A stretch of DNA of 63,444 bases, counting the filler, from Saprolegnia diclina VS20 (lineage: Eukaryota), in assembly GCF_000281045.1 (NCBI RefSeq). It is 4 parts of 3 records of this genome, joined end to end, with 100 filler letters (N's around TTAATTAATTAA, not from the genome) between each part and the next. Parts side by side here need not be neighbours in the genome. Positions count along the whole stretch, not along the records: positions 1 to 18,721 come from NW_008246074.1; 3 more parts are not named here. One strand, written 5' to 3'. Each line of letters begins with the position of its first letter. Positions within the stretch are counted from its first letter, which is position 1. Below are positions 1-11,982 of this stretch, one piece after another. Under the pieces are notes generated by a model. The model saw nothing but the letters and a program-made list of their open reading frames with translations. It searched no databases and was not told where the DNA came from. The position numbers and the translations under genes were made by a program.

Positions 1-1461
1 CAGACGCGCAGCTGCCAGGAGATCTGCGACGAGTCGCACAACCCGTGGAACTCGTGGGGCAAGTGCGACCAGACGACGGCGACGCAAGAGCGCACCCGTG
101 CGATCGTGAGCCCGCCAACGTCCGATCAGCAGCCATGCTCAACGTCGCAGACCCAGAGCTGCGCCGTCAACTGTGTGATGGACAACTGGGGCCAATGGAC
201 CAAGTGCGACGAGTGCACGGGCGTCCAGACCCGAACCCGTAAGGTCCTCATCCCAGAACAGAACGGCGGCAACCAGTGCCCGCCGACCACCGACAGCCAG
301 ACGTGCGCCGTCACGTGCTTGGCGAGCGAGTGGAGCCCGTGGGGTGCGCCGGACAACACGTGCACGTGCAAGCGTACCCGCACGGAGATTGCGCCAGCCA
401 TCAACGGCGGCACCTGCCTCCTCGAGCAGGCCGACGCCACGTGCACGCAAAACTGCGAAGTCGGCGACTGGAGCGTCCCCGGCGAGTGCCTCAAGACCGG
501 ACCCAACGCCGGCCAACAGCGCTCGACGCGCACAGTGACCAAGAAGCAGTGCAACGGCGGCGCGGCGTGCCCCAAAGACCTCGAAAAGTTCACTCCCTGC
601 AACGTCGACTGCGTCCTCAGCGACTGGTCGGACTGGAGTGTTTGCGACCTCAAGACGCAGCAGCAGACACGCACGCGCACGGTACTCCAGACAGCCTACA
701 ACAGCGGCGCCAAGTGTGGCCCGAAGGTCGACTACCGGGCCTGCGGCTCGTGCGCCGACATCGTCTCGGCCTTTACGTACTCGGACTGCGACGCCAAGAC
801 GGGCACCCGCACCGGCTCGGCCACGTACCTCTACACTCCCCAGAACGGTCTCACGTGCAACCTCGCCGTGACCGAGACGTGCGCCGTCCACTGCGCGCTC
901 TCCGAGTGGAACCAAGGCCAGTGCGCCGTGCGCGGAGACCTCGCGGGCCAGCAGGTCTGGACGCGCTCCGTTATCACGGCGCCGCTCAACGGCGGTCGCC
1001 CGTGCGGTGACCTCACCAAGTACGAGCTGTGCGTCGTCAACTGCAAGCCGGGTGACACGTGGGGCGCGTGGTCCAACTGCAACGCGCAGGGCTTTTCGCG
1101 CCGCACCATCAACATCGACTACCCAGCGCAGAACGGCGGTCTCAACGATGCGTGCTTGGTTGAAGAGCAAAAGACGTGCGCTGTTGATTGTGTCATCGAC
1201 CCTGTCTCGGGCGACGTCACGCAGCCGTCGCTCAACGGCGGCAAGTCGTGCTACCAGATCGCGAAGGAGAACGGCATTCCGGGCAACTACCCCAAGTACT
1301 CGACCACGTCGAGCGTCTCGTTCATGACGATGCTCTCGAGCAACAAGTCGTACGCGCTCGCGGCCGCGGCCACGGGCGGCGTCGGCGTCATGTTCCTCGT
1401 CGGCTTCTTCACGACGCGCCAGCGCAACGGCTACAGCTCGATCGCGGGTCAGGCCTTGTAA
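1..1461 (+). CDS. Thrombospondin type-1 repeat (TSR) protein with C-terminal transmembrane helix; 5' end lies outside the window
   Basis: Frame +1 is open from base 1 to TAA at 1459-1461. Repeated WxxWxxC...QxRTRxV...NGG..C units (about 8). Hydrophobic segment YALAAAATGGVGVMFLVGFF, then a short tail TTRQRNGYSSIAGQAL. Confidence 0.9.
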   Translation, partial: QTRSCQEICDESHNPWNSWGKCDQTTATQERTRAIVSPPTSDQQPCSTSQTQSCAVNCVMDNWGQWTKCDECTGVQTRTRKVLIPEQNGGNQCPPTTDSQTCAVTCLASEWSPWGAPDNTCTCKRTRTEIAPAINGGTCLLEQADATCTQNCEVGDWSVPGECLKTGPNAGQQRSTRTVTKKQCNGGAACPKDLEKFTPCNVDCVLSDWSDWSVCDLKTQQQTRTRTVLQTAYNSGAKCGPKVDYRACGSCADIVSAFTYSDCDAKTGTRTGSATYLYTPQNGLTCNLAVTETCAVHCALSEWNQGQCAVRGDLAGQQVWTRSVITAPLNGGRPCGDLTKYELCVVNCKPGDTWGAWSNCNAQGFSRRTINIDYPAQNGGLNDACLVEEQKTCAVDCVIDPVSGDVTQPSLNGGKSCYQIAKENGIPGNYPKYSTTSSVSFMTMLSSNKSYALAAAATGGVGVMFLVGFFTTRQRNGYSSIAGQAL

Positions 1462-2093
1462 ACGGCGTCTTGCATGTGGCAACGGTCGTCATGGCATTCG
1501 ACCTACGTATGAAGAAGAAAGTGTATTTGTGAGTGAATTAATGGTCTTGCGTCTTGAAAAGTCGCAAGTTATGTTGGTTCTGCCATATTGCAGAGCTTGC
1601 GTGATTGGTGCATGGGACAACGGCACATGTATCAAAGTATCGGTTTCTTGCGTCGAAGTGGAAGATTGCAGTCGTGGGAACTCTGGCTCGGCTTCGAGCC
1701 GGCTGCAAATCTCAAGACTCAGCCAACCCGAAGACGGCTCGGGTCGACACGAACCATGCCTGCTCAAGGCGCGCTGGCTTGCCGAGGGCGTCCTGCGTCT
1801 TTCTGCGAAACGGAGGTCGTTGTCGAGGCCGCAGCCTTTTTTGCTTATAATCTGCGAGCGACCTTTCAAAGAATTGCCTCGCAACCTATCGAAGCTATGA
1901 CGGTGCTAGCGTGCTATCCATCGAGTGTCCACCTATGTCAGCCACTTGATACCAGCTTGATACTAACCCTACATAGTGCCTATCGTAGATGCAATCGATA
2001 GCAGTCGTAGGTCCCCGAAAATACTTGGCCACGCAACAGCGACCTCAGAGCTACCTACTAGTGAACATGGTCCTGCTGGATTGTATTGAACAG

Positions 2094-3341
2094 CTACGAG
2101 TCCTTGGTCTTATGGCTGCCACTGGGGCGAACACGCATCATTGGCAGCAAGAGAAGGCCGCCGAGCATGGCAAGGAGACCCATCGCGTAGAAGAGAACGT
2201 CCCAGCCAAAGTGCTCCTTGAGAAGAATCGGGAGCATGCCGGATGCTATCGCACCGAGCGAGCCCATGCCGTTGGCGATACCCGTGGCCATGGCCGAGGC
2301 CGACGGCGCGTTTGCGCGGTCGCAGACTTCAGCGCACGCTGCACCGCCGAGCATCGAGTCGGGCCCCGCGACAAAGAGCCCGACAAGCGCCATCGTGAAG
2401 AGGTTGACGCCTTGTCCGAGCGGCGCAACATGCGGATACAAAAGCGTCGTGACGCCGCAGAAAAGACACATGGGCCCCACGACTTTGGCGCTGTGCCCGA
2501 GATACACCTTGTCCGAGACGATGCCGCAGAGAACGCTGCCAAGCGTGCCCGCGAGGTCAAAGACGGTCGACATGAGGACGGCCTGCGGCGCCGAGTACCC
2601 CAGCATGTTGGTCAAGTAGAACGGGAGCCAGCCGAGGTACGTGTAGCGCACGAGCTTGATACAAAAGTACGCAGCGCTTATGTGCACAAGGTTGGGCAGC
2701 TCGAGTACGTCACGTATGGACAGCGTCGACGTCGACGGCGTGTGCAAGACATTGTGCAAGCTCTTGTCACTCGAGACGGGCGCGGGCGAGAGCAGCGTGA
2801 GCGTCACAAGTGCAAACGCGACCGAGAGATAGCTCGGCATCGTAAACACGTCGCGCCACGAGAGACCCGGTTGGCTCAATACGTAGGCGCCAAATGCGCT
2901 CGTGGCGAAGCCGCCGACTTGCTGGCACGTCGTCCAGAAGCCCATGACTTGGCCGCGCGTCGACGGCGGAAACCACGCCCGGAGCACGTCGGCAATGAGC
3001 GGGAAGAAGAGCGCTTGAAAGACGCCGTTGAGGCACCACGCAATCGCCCGGACGTCCTTCGAGTCGCTCGCACCAAAGAGGTAGGCACAGACGCCCGTGC
3101 CAACAAACGCCATCGCGAGACCGACGCGGACGCCGACGCGCGATGCAACGAGGCCCGACGCAAACTGCCCGACCGCGTACGCGATGAGAAAGGCCGTGTC
3201 GATGAGCCCGAGCTCGGCTTCCGAGTGCGCGTGCGTCGTTGTGAGCGTCGACTTGGTCACGGACAGCGGCTTGCGCGTGAAATAAACCACAATGTACGCA
3301 GCATACGTCAGGCCAAAGACGAACCGCCGCCCCATGCCCAT
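2094..3341 (-). CDS. MFS transporter, organophosphate:Pi antiporter family (SLC37/GlpT/UhpT-like)
   Basis: Intronless ORF with ~12 hydrophobic segments and family-like motifs YFTRKPLSV, AFLIAYAVGQF, WFPPSTRGQVMGFWTTCQQVG, ATGIANGMGSLGA. First ATG at 3341. Confidence 0.88.
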   Translation of the reverse strand: MGMGRRFVFGLTYAAYIVVYFTRKPLSVTKSTLTTTHAHSEAELGLIDTAFLIAYAVGQFASGLVASRVGVRVGLAMAFVGTGVCAYLFGASDSKDVRAIAWCLNGVFQALFFPLIADVLRAWFPPSTRGQVMGFWTTCQQVGGFATSAFGAYVLSQPGLSWRDVFTMPSYLSVAFALVTLTLLSPAPVSSDKSLHNVLHTPSTSTLSIRDVLELPNLVHISAAYFCIKLVRYTYLGWLPFYLTNMLGYSAPQAVLMSTVFDLAGTLGSVLCGIVSDKVYLGHSAKVVGPMCLFCGVTTLLYPHVAPLGQGVNLFTMALVGLFVAGPDSMLGGAACAEVCDRANAPSASAMATGIANGMGSLGAIASGMLPILLKEHFGWDVLFYAMGLLAMLGGLLLLPMMRVRPSGSHKTKDS

Positions 3342-4109
3342 GCTGGCCGAGCGCAACAATAGGAAAATGGATCAGCCAATGGCATCGCACGAAATAGGCA
3401 ATCTATCCGGTTGGCATCGATGATCCGGATAGTATCAACGAACAGGATCTTTCGACGTGGCAGGTGTGAGCGACCGCTGGACGTGGGCCAGGCCTCTCGA
3501 CAAGACGATCGTCTCGTCGGCAGACGCATCCACTCGGGTGACGCCTGCCATCATGCTTACGAGGAGCTAGCAGCGCATTATGGCAAGCACAGAGCGAGGC
3601 GAGACAGCATACGAAGCCATGCAGCAGGCGACGGTGAAACGCGGTGCATTCTTCCAGCTAGGCGCCAGGTAGCGTCGCCCACTGTCATGGGACAGCTGTA
3701 CACAGGGCGCACAAGCATTACACGACGTTTGCCTGCCCGCGATAGCCTGGATGCACTGGTATCACCTCCGGTCGCTGGATACCGCTGGAAAGGGAAAAGC
3801 GTACCGTCGAGACCAGACCGTATTGCTGATGCGCGTTCGTGCCGTCTGGAAGTCGGTCAAACAATATAGGAATGCTCTCGACAGCGCGGTCCTTGATCCA
3901 TCATCGATCGACCCGGACTGAGCCAACGCCGCCATGGGCGTCCGCCATCTTGGTCAACTGGATCTCGCTCACATTTCGCCCAATGGCCTTGCGCCAACGG
4001 AATTTAATCGAATGCATTTGTATTCCATACATAGTTCAAGAGGAACTCGGTGGGTTTTGAAAATAAAAAGCTCAAGCTGCGCGTCTCGACACTCGCAGAC
4101 CGAAACGGG

Positions 4110-5323
4110 ATGCTTCCGCTCTACAAGCGCGGCCTGCACCTCGTGACGCTGGCCAAGAGCCGGCGCCATCGCCGCTACGCGACGTTCGCGGTCGTCAGCG
4201 CCATCCTCATCTGCATCCTCATGCTGGCCATGTACGCCATGTACATTGCGCTCTCCGTTGCTGAGAACGACGTCACGCCACAGCCCTCGCTGCAAGTGCA
4301 TGGCCCTGAGATCGACGCTGGCTTGGTAGCCACGGCTATCTCCAAGACACCGGTGCCCACGACCATTACATCGCCGATCGGAGGCGACGACGACACGAAG
4401 CCACCGCCGCCCGCGGTCGAGCGGTTCTGGCTCGTGCGCCTCGTCCTCCCGTTGGTCGCGGGCTTTGTCTTTGGCTTTCTTGGCTCGATCCCCATTGCCG
4501 GGCCGACGTCCGCCATGGTGCTCAAGATGGGCATCCAAGGCGAGTACTGGGCGGCGCAGTCCATTGCGCTCGGCGGCGCCGCGGCCGAAGCCGTACGAGG
4601 ATTGCATGCTTCTTCGCTCATACCCGCGTGCGTAGACGTATGCTGGCGTGGCGTTCTGGGGCTTTGGGAGCTTCCTCGCAGGCCTCGACTTTCTCCTGCC
4701 GCTCTCCAAGTACGTTGTTCGCCGACGTACTACACGACCTACTTGTCCATTCGTAGGGTGCTTGGGGCCATCATGCTCCTTGCCATTGGCACGTATTTTT
4801 TGCGGCTGGACGTGCGTCCGCAGATCGATACAGACCCCGACGTGCACACCAAAGTGCACCACGACCGGTCGTTCTTGACGTCGCCGGTTGCGCGTGCCGA
4901 GCTCATCAAGAATATCCTCATGGGGTTTACCATGTCGGGCTTCAACCCGGCGCTGCTGGCCACGTACACGGGCGCTCTCGCCAGCGGTATGTCACTTGCC
5001 GTGTATCTACTAGTCGACGTTTAGTCGTTTTGTCGTAGTCTACCACACGGGACTACTCGAATTCACGCTTTTTCTGGCCATTGTCTTTGGCGTCGGTGTC
5101 TCGTGCGGCATCTCCACCTGGTTTTACGTGCTGCTGTCGCTGCTGAAGAAGTACAAGCAGGTATTCCTTTCACAAGCTTGACGCTCGTTTCGACTAATTC
5201 AATTTGTGGTAGCGACTAAAGAACCAAACGATCGGGCTCATTTTGCGCTGCATGGGCGTCTTTATGATCTGCCTCGGCCTTCTCTGCACGAAATCGGCGG
5301 CCGTGTACTTTCTTTTTAGTTAA
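4110..5323 (+). CDS. LysE-type translocator-like membrane protein, multi-exon
   Basis: GFLGSIPIAGPTSAMVLKMG...ALGGAAAEA and GFTMSGFNPALL match the LysE/RhtB pattern. Short GT-AG introns near 4593, 4710, 4987, 5161. Last exon ends TAA 5321-5323. Exon boundaries approximate. Confidence 0.7.
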
Positions 5324-5345
5324 TCGCTCTGTAGTCGTTCGATTG

Positions 5346-6151
5346 TTACGGTGTTGCAAACAGGCGCCGGAGGGTCAGTAGCGCGTCGTTGGCGTCGCCC
5401 GCCACGCTGTGCAGATGGTCGAGCAGCTGCGTCAGGTCGTCGGCCTGCGTCGCTGTGAGAAACGACAGCAGCAGCGAGCGGCGCCGGGTTTGGCCAATCG
5501 CCGATAGTATCGCGATGCTGCTGGTCACGAGCGCCTGCTCGGCCTCGTACGCATCGATCTCGCCGTCGGGGTTGACGCCCCGCAGCAGCCGACGTAGGGT
5601 TGCCACGATACTGCCAAAGAGGTCGGCGTCGATCTCGGCCTGAAAGAGCTTGGCGAGCCGCGCCGGCGTCGTGCGCTCCAAGTACCTATACGAGTTGAGA
5701 TACATTGCAGCCTTGGGCCATTATGATGGAAGTACTGGAGCTTGGCGGCGTCTGTCGAGCAACTCCGCTGCCACGTGCGTTGAAACTCGACCGACGATTT
5801 GGGCGGCGCGTCATCGGCGCCTGTGAGCGTCGCCGGACGCGTCGCTTTGATGGACGACGACTTTTTATGGTAGAGTCGGTTGCGCTGGCGCTCACTCTTG
5901 GAGAGATTCTGCAGCTCCTTGGAGCTCACGGGCTTGAGGTCGGCGCAGAGCACGAAATTCTAGCCACAAATCCTGAGCGTCGCAGGAGCGCAAGCCAGCG
6001 ATACCTTGAACTCGTCGTAGGACGCTGCCGTGTGGATCGCGCGCTTCTTCATCTCGTCCGTCGCCTTGTACTTGCGGTCTTCGTCGAGCGCCTGCGCGAG
6101 CTCCTTCTGGAGCGACGCCGTGTCGAACGTCCCTTCGTAGATCGACGCCAT
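5346..6151 (-). CDS. CCDC103: CCDC103-like dynein attachment factor (Dynein_attach_N plus RPAP3_C-like domain), spliced
   Basis: N-terminus LQKELAQALDEDRKYKATDEMKKRAIHTAASYDEFK..LCADLKP. C-terminal PPKSSVEFQRTW...LAKLFQAEIDADLFGSIV...LLLSFLT. Two short introns. Confidence 0.82.
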
Positions 6152-6581
6152 GCGTGTCCTTTCGCACTTTCCTGCGCGATCCAAACTGATGCCGAATGCA
6201 AAAAATTAAATTCGGCATACTTTGCGTATCCGGATACCATGGACGATGCTGAAACGGCTTTGAAACGCCGCAACGGCCGCGTTTGTCCCAGTGTGGTCCG
6301 GTTTATCCCATCGACAAAAAGCAGTTGCGCAGTCGGCGCGAGCCAAAGCTAAATAGCTAACTTGCTACATCGCTATATTGCTAAATAGCTAGATTGTCGA
6401 GGCCAAATCGCCGACGGGTCCTTCGACGATGGTCAGTGCAAAGGCGTTGGAGGATCCGAGTAAACGCGTTGGATGCCACCCATCTTGTCAACGGCCGGCG
6501 AAACTACTGCCGTTGGTGAAGATGGCGCTCGTTTTCTTAGAGTTAATTCATATATAGGAGCTTATTTTGATAGACGCTGCC

Positions 6582-7177
6582 ATGGACCGGGGTCGCAAAG
6601 CGCTGCCGACGCTCAACAAGCACACCGACTCTAAGTTTTACAGCCGATGCCAATCGATCCACAAGAAGAAGCTCTCGACGATCAAGAGCTGCATCGACAA
6701 CTCGGAGCCGACACGGCCGGCGCACTTGCGCAAGAACCTCAAGAAGGAGCAAATGAAGGAGGAGCGGTACGCGACGATCGAGCGCGAGAACCGCATTCTG
6801 CTCGAGAAGATGAGCTTCATTATGCAGCACGACACGCTCGACAACAAGAACGACTCGATCAAGCACGGCCATAGCCTCAACAAGGGCCAGCGCAAGCGCG
6901 ACCTCCAGCGCATCACGGCCGAGAACCAGGTCCTTTTGTACGCGATAGGACTAAGGTGCTGACACGTGACTAGTCGATTCTACGCCGTATTCAGACGCGC
7001 CAGCCCACGTACGACCACGTGCAGTGGGAAGAGGAAGCCAAACTCCATGAAAAATACGCGCAAAACATCCGCGAGTACCCCGAGCGCTACGCTGGCGTCG
7101 GCGAAGGCGACGAAGACTACTACGACGAAGAGACGTCGCGACTGCAGTACAGCTCGTCGGCCGCTTCTATCAACTAA
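6582..7177 (+). CDS. CFAP97/Hemingway-domain (CFAP97D-like) flagellar protein, 2 exons
   Basis: IDNSEPTRPAHL..NLKKEQMKEERYATIERENRILLEKM and RKRDLQRITAENQ|SILRRIQ. Intron ~6930-6974; stop TAA 7175-7177. Confidence 0.8.
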
Positions 7178-7430
7178 ACAACGCTAGATCCATCCCACAA
7201 CTAACTATACAACTCTAATCAACGGTCCAATACGACGTCAACGCTACCCTCCAAACCATACGTTGGGAGGCGACACGCAAAAGTCGAAGCGCACGAGCCC
7301 ACATATGTGGCGCAAGCAAAGACTTTGTCGTACGCATGTCTCAAGTTGATCAAAGCACAAGAGTGTTTATATATATATGAATGTGTTTCGCGCTATCTTC
7401 ATAGTTACAAAGCCTTTGCATAGGTAGAGA

Positions 7431-10400
7431 CTAGCAATCTCCTTCTTCTTCATTCGCTCGCCGGGCCGTGGCTGCGCAGGCGGCGGCGCGGGGGCTCGTC
7501 TTTGCTCCTTCGCAGTCGCCCAACGCCGCTTGTAGACTGGACGACACGGTAGCTAAAGTCCTTTCAGGCGTCGCGGTCGGTGGCAAGGCTTTCTCAAGGT
7601 CCTCGGGAGACGCCAGCGACTGAGGCGGCTCAAGAGTGTTTAGCTCCCTTACCATGTATTCTTCTAGTAGTACCTGATTTGAGCTGGAAGTTCTACCACG
7701 ACGCCGAGGTTTGTGGACGCAAAGTACATGTCCACGCGCCTTTGGCCTGCTGGTAGTTGCTCGTTCCTCACTGTCGTCGACTACTTTGAGTAGTCGCGTA
7801 AACACAATCCATACAAAACGACTTGTATCGACTACACGTGCTACTGTTATATGGGCCTACTTCTTATAGTTAGTTGTACCTACACGCTTGACGCGAGCCG
7901 CGTCGCAGCGCAAAACACCTCTTGCGCGTTGAACTCGTCCAAGACGACGCCAAACTCGGTCACGAGTTTGGTTTCCCACTTCTTGACGTCCCGAAAGTCT
8001 TCACTCACGTCGTTGAGCTGCGCGCCGCTGACTTTGATAAATGTCTCGAGCGACGCGACCGCAGTCACACCCATGCAGGTCTTCTTGCTGCTTCCCAAGA
8101 GCGACTGGCACTGCCGCAGGCCGTGGCTTAGCAAGTCGAGGACTTCTTGCAGCTCCGAGCGCGACAAGACACTCAGGTCCGGTAGATCGTGAAGCGCCTG
8201 CAGCGTTGCGACGTGCGACGGCAAGAGCTCGGCGCGAAGGGTCGAGATCCGCGCCGCATAGTCGACGCCCGCGAGCTTTTGTTTCTTGTCTTCGAGCATC
8301 TGGCGCCATGCGTTTTAATTCAGTATCAACGTTTCAAGTTGATACTGTAGGGTACCTGATGCAAGAGGGTGGTGATGGCTGGCATCTCCAAGATGGCGCG
8401 GCTCGCAGCCAGAATCAAGTCGATGCGCGACCGAACTTGAGAAATGGACTTGGTAAACTAAGCACAGTAGCTCGGGTTCGATCACAGTGAGCGACAAATC
8501 TACCTTGAGCTTGAAGAGAAAGGCGTCGGCGCGGGTGTTGATATCGTCGACGCGAAGACACGCCTAGTGCCAGATATATCCAGTGGAATATCCCAAACCA
8601 CACGTACGAGCATGAACTTTTCGGCCTTGCCAAAGTCGGAGACGTCGCCCGTGTACTTGAGAAGACTCTCCTTCTCTTCGTCTATGCAAAGGTAGCAACT
8701 TGTCAGCCCTACTCGATCGTATGTCTGATGGGCGAATCGACGTACCCGTCGGAAAGAGATTTTTGAGACACCGAACTTTTTCAAGGTTCAACACCGATTC
8801 GTCCTAGACCCGTTATGTATCAAGTTGATAGAAACTAACGCAGTACCATGTCGATAATGGCTTGGGCAATCTTGTCGTACTGTGTATGGAACTCAAAGTC
8901 CGAAAGCGTCATGACAATGTTGTTGGAGCGCTTGACGTCGAGGAGTTTGATGGTCTTGGACTTGCCCTTCGGGGACCTTGAGCGGGACTAGGGACACACA
9001 TTATTCGTCCATCAAAGGCTAAGAAGCAGTAGATATACCCGCTGAAAGATATCACTCGCATCCGCGGCGGCGACGGGCATAACCTCGGGGGCGACTACAT
9101 TCAACCGGTTTAGCTTTAGGAGTATATCAGAGTAGATAGAGACCGTTGGTGGCCGGCAGTGCCGTGACGACCGAGAGTCCCTCGGTCTTTCGCCGCTCGG
9201 AGAAGCTCGTCTTGGCGCGTGGCGACGACGTCGGTGACGACGCCGCGCTTGTGCTGTCATATGCTGACGTCGTCTCCAACCCCGTGACGTGGCGCGGCGT
9301 GGCCATGGCTTGCCTTGCGCTCCCAAGCTGAGCGCGAATGTATTGGCTTCGAGAGTCGTAGGCGGCGGGTGGCGGCGGTGCATACTCGTACGTCGGCGGG
9401 TACGTCGGCGGATGCTGGAGCGCCGGCGGACACTCCCACTGCGACACGCCCGTGTACAAGTTGACGTAGTAGACATGGCCGTCGGCGGTATATTTCACGT
9501 CCCACTCGGTAGATGGGATCGGCGCCGGCGGGTACTCGTAGCTGTGGTGGTAATACTCGTGTGCGGGTGTCGGGTACGTCTCATTGGCTGCATACGGCGC
9601 TGCTCGGTACGCGTAGCTGTACGCAGAGGACGTCGGCGACGTCGACGCCGACCCGCCGCTCGTGTAGCCGTCGTAGTCGCCCTCAAACGTCGAGTTGGAG
9701 CGCGCGCTGAGCGACTTGGACGGCGAGACGTTGGTCGGGCGTTGCTTGCTCAGCGTATCCCGAATGTGCTGGCGCGCCGAGAGAGGCGGTGTCACCTCTT
9801 CCTTGATCGGCTCGGGCTCGTACGTAGCAAGCAGTGCTTGGATCGCGCGGAGCTTGGCTTTGCGGGCCATCTTGTACGGTGTGGACATGTCGGCGTTGAA
9901 AATCGTCACGTCAGCCGCGCTCTCCAAGAGGAGCTTTACGAGCCCTTCGTGACCAATGCTAACGGCGCAGTGGAGTGGCGTGTTGCCGTGGCCGTCGCCC
10001 GTGTTGAGGATCGCGTCGCCGCCGACGTCGAGGATGTACCGGACACACGCGTCATGGCCCGAGAGCACTGCGCAGTGAAGCGGCGTGAAGCCGTTGTTTT
10101 GGACAACACAAATGTCGGCGCCGTGATGCAGTAGGTACTGAAGACACACCAAGTCGCCTTGGCCCGCAGCCACGTGCAGTGGCGCTTGGTTGGCGTGGTC
10201 GACGTGGTTGACGATCTCCGTGTCCATGTCGCTTTTCGCAGCGATCGAGAGCAGCTGGCGGACGCACTCGGGCTGCGACGCCTTGACCGCGATCTGCAGC
10301 GCCGTGTCGCCAAACGTCGGGTGCGGGTCGTTCTTGGCGCCCCACTTGAGGCAGAGCTCGAGGAGCGGTACGTTGCCCGAGCGACAGGCGAGAAAGAGGA

Positions 10401-11865
10401 TCGTGTCGCCCGACTCGGCCTCGAGCAAGTCGACCGGACACCCGTCGAGGAGAAACCGGGAGATCTCGCTCACGTCGTTGCGCTTGGCTGCGTCAAAGAG
10501 GCAATGGAGCCAAGTCGTGTGGTCGCTTTTCTTGACGATTGGGTCGCGCGGGGAGAGCGCGGCGGTCTTGAGCTCGGAGAGGGTGGCACTCGCGATGGCG
10601 GCGCCGGACGTCTCGTGCTGGAGCAGCTTTCGGAGGCAGTGCACCCACACCTGAGCTTCCTCCTTGCTGGCAGCCGCGAGGTCGAGGGACCGCGACGCCG
10701 AGACGAGCGAGAAGCACGCATCTTCGTGGAAGAACGTGTTGCCCTTACTGCTCTGCGCGTGCTGCCGTCGAAACGCTTGGGTCTTGATACCGGTCTTGAC
10801 TTCAAGCACGTCATGCAACGCGAGGAGATGCGCCTTCTCGAGCTTCTCCGGGTCGCTCCACGAGACGCAGAGGCCGCGCTTGGGCACGTCGTTGACAACG
10901 ACCCACTTGCGCTTCGGAGCGCTCGACGACTTTGCGTGGTAGGGCACCTTGAACATGAGTGTTCCTTTTCGCACCGGCGCGTCCCAGAGACTCAAGTGGC
11001 TGCTCTCGCCCACGTCGTTGTACTTGACTTTGGAGAGCGTCACCCGCGGTTCGACCGGCTTGTCGAGAAGCGACGGGGTCGGTAGTGGCGCGACCGGGCA
11101 CGCCGCCGCCGCCGGCAAACTGTCGAGCAGTTGCAGAAGGAGCTCGATCACACCGACGGGCTCAATGTGCTTTTCCCGCATCAGCGGAATGCGATGCAAT
11201 GACGGCGTCGACGAGAGGTGCAGCGACCGCAGCACGACAAAGGCTTCGCCAATGACGGTCGTGCTGGCTTTCGCGGCCAGCTGCATGGTCGTGTCGTCGA
11301 CCGAGAGCAACCGGCGTGTGAACGACTGGTGCCAATGCGCCTCGGAGCCGCCTTTCTTGTACTCGGCGGTGCGAAACCCCGCGTCTTCGCAGCTCAACTT
11401 GAGCTCGAGGTACGGGGCTTGGACGCCGAATTTATGGACTTTGAGCAAATTGGTCGCACCGACAACCGTGACGCCCAAGTACATGCTGCTCGTACTAGAT
11501 GAAGACGAGCTGACGCTGCTGCTTGTGGCGGTGAACGAGCCATCGGCCCGGTGCAGCGGTGGCATGACGGACGCCAACGGCGGCTGCTTGACAGGTGAGT
11601 CGTAGATGACGACTTCGGGCGCCGGATCCTCACTAACTTCCAACGACGGTGGTGGCTCCGTCGTAGGCGGCTCCGTCGGTGGCTCTTCCACGACGACGAT
11701 CGGCGCCGGCATACTGTACTTGCTCGCCACGGCTTTGGCCGGCGACGCGCCAAAGCGCTCGAGAAAGCCGCGCGACGGCTTGTCGTAGAGACACGACTTG
11801 GGCACGAGGTCGATCTCGGTGAAGACGTCGTCGCCACCGGCGTCGTCGGGCGCCGTCGACTGCAT
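7431..11865 (-). CDS. Formin-like multidomain protein: C2 - PH - ankyrin repeats - WW - degenerate FH2, multi-exon
   Basis: C2 (LGVTVVGATNL..APYLEL..AHWHQSF), PH (FSLVSASRSLDLAAASKEEAQVWVHCL), ankyrins (TPLHCAV, GNTPLHCAV), WW (EWDVKYTADGHVYYVNLYTGVSQWECP). Downstream exons give FH2-like IKLLDVKRSNNIVMTL, LKNLFPT.EEKESLLKYTGDVSDFGKAEKFML. 3' exon structure approximate. Confidence 0.75.
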
Positions 11866-11982
11866 CGGCCAACGGTTTCCGAGCCAATTTGACCAAAATA
11901 CTTTCCCACAAATCGGCGCCACGACCAAAATACATGCGAAACAGCAACACGAAACCATTCGTATTCAAGACTCCGACATGAG

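Noticed and set aside
1989..3362. Long antisense ORFs (e.g. 139-1482, 1989-3362, 23283-24926, 52142-53098, 55367-56248)
   Set aside because: They shadow real genes on the opposite strand, as expected with high GC3 codon usage, and have no motifs of their own.
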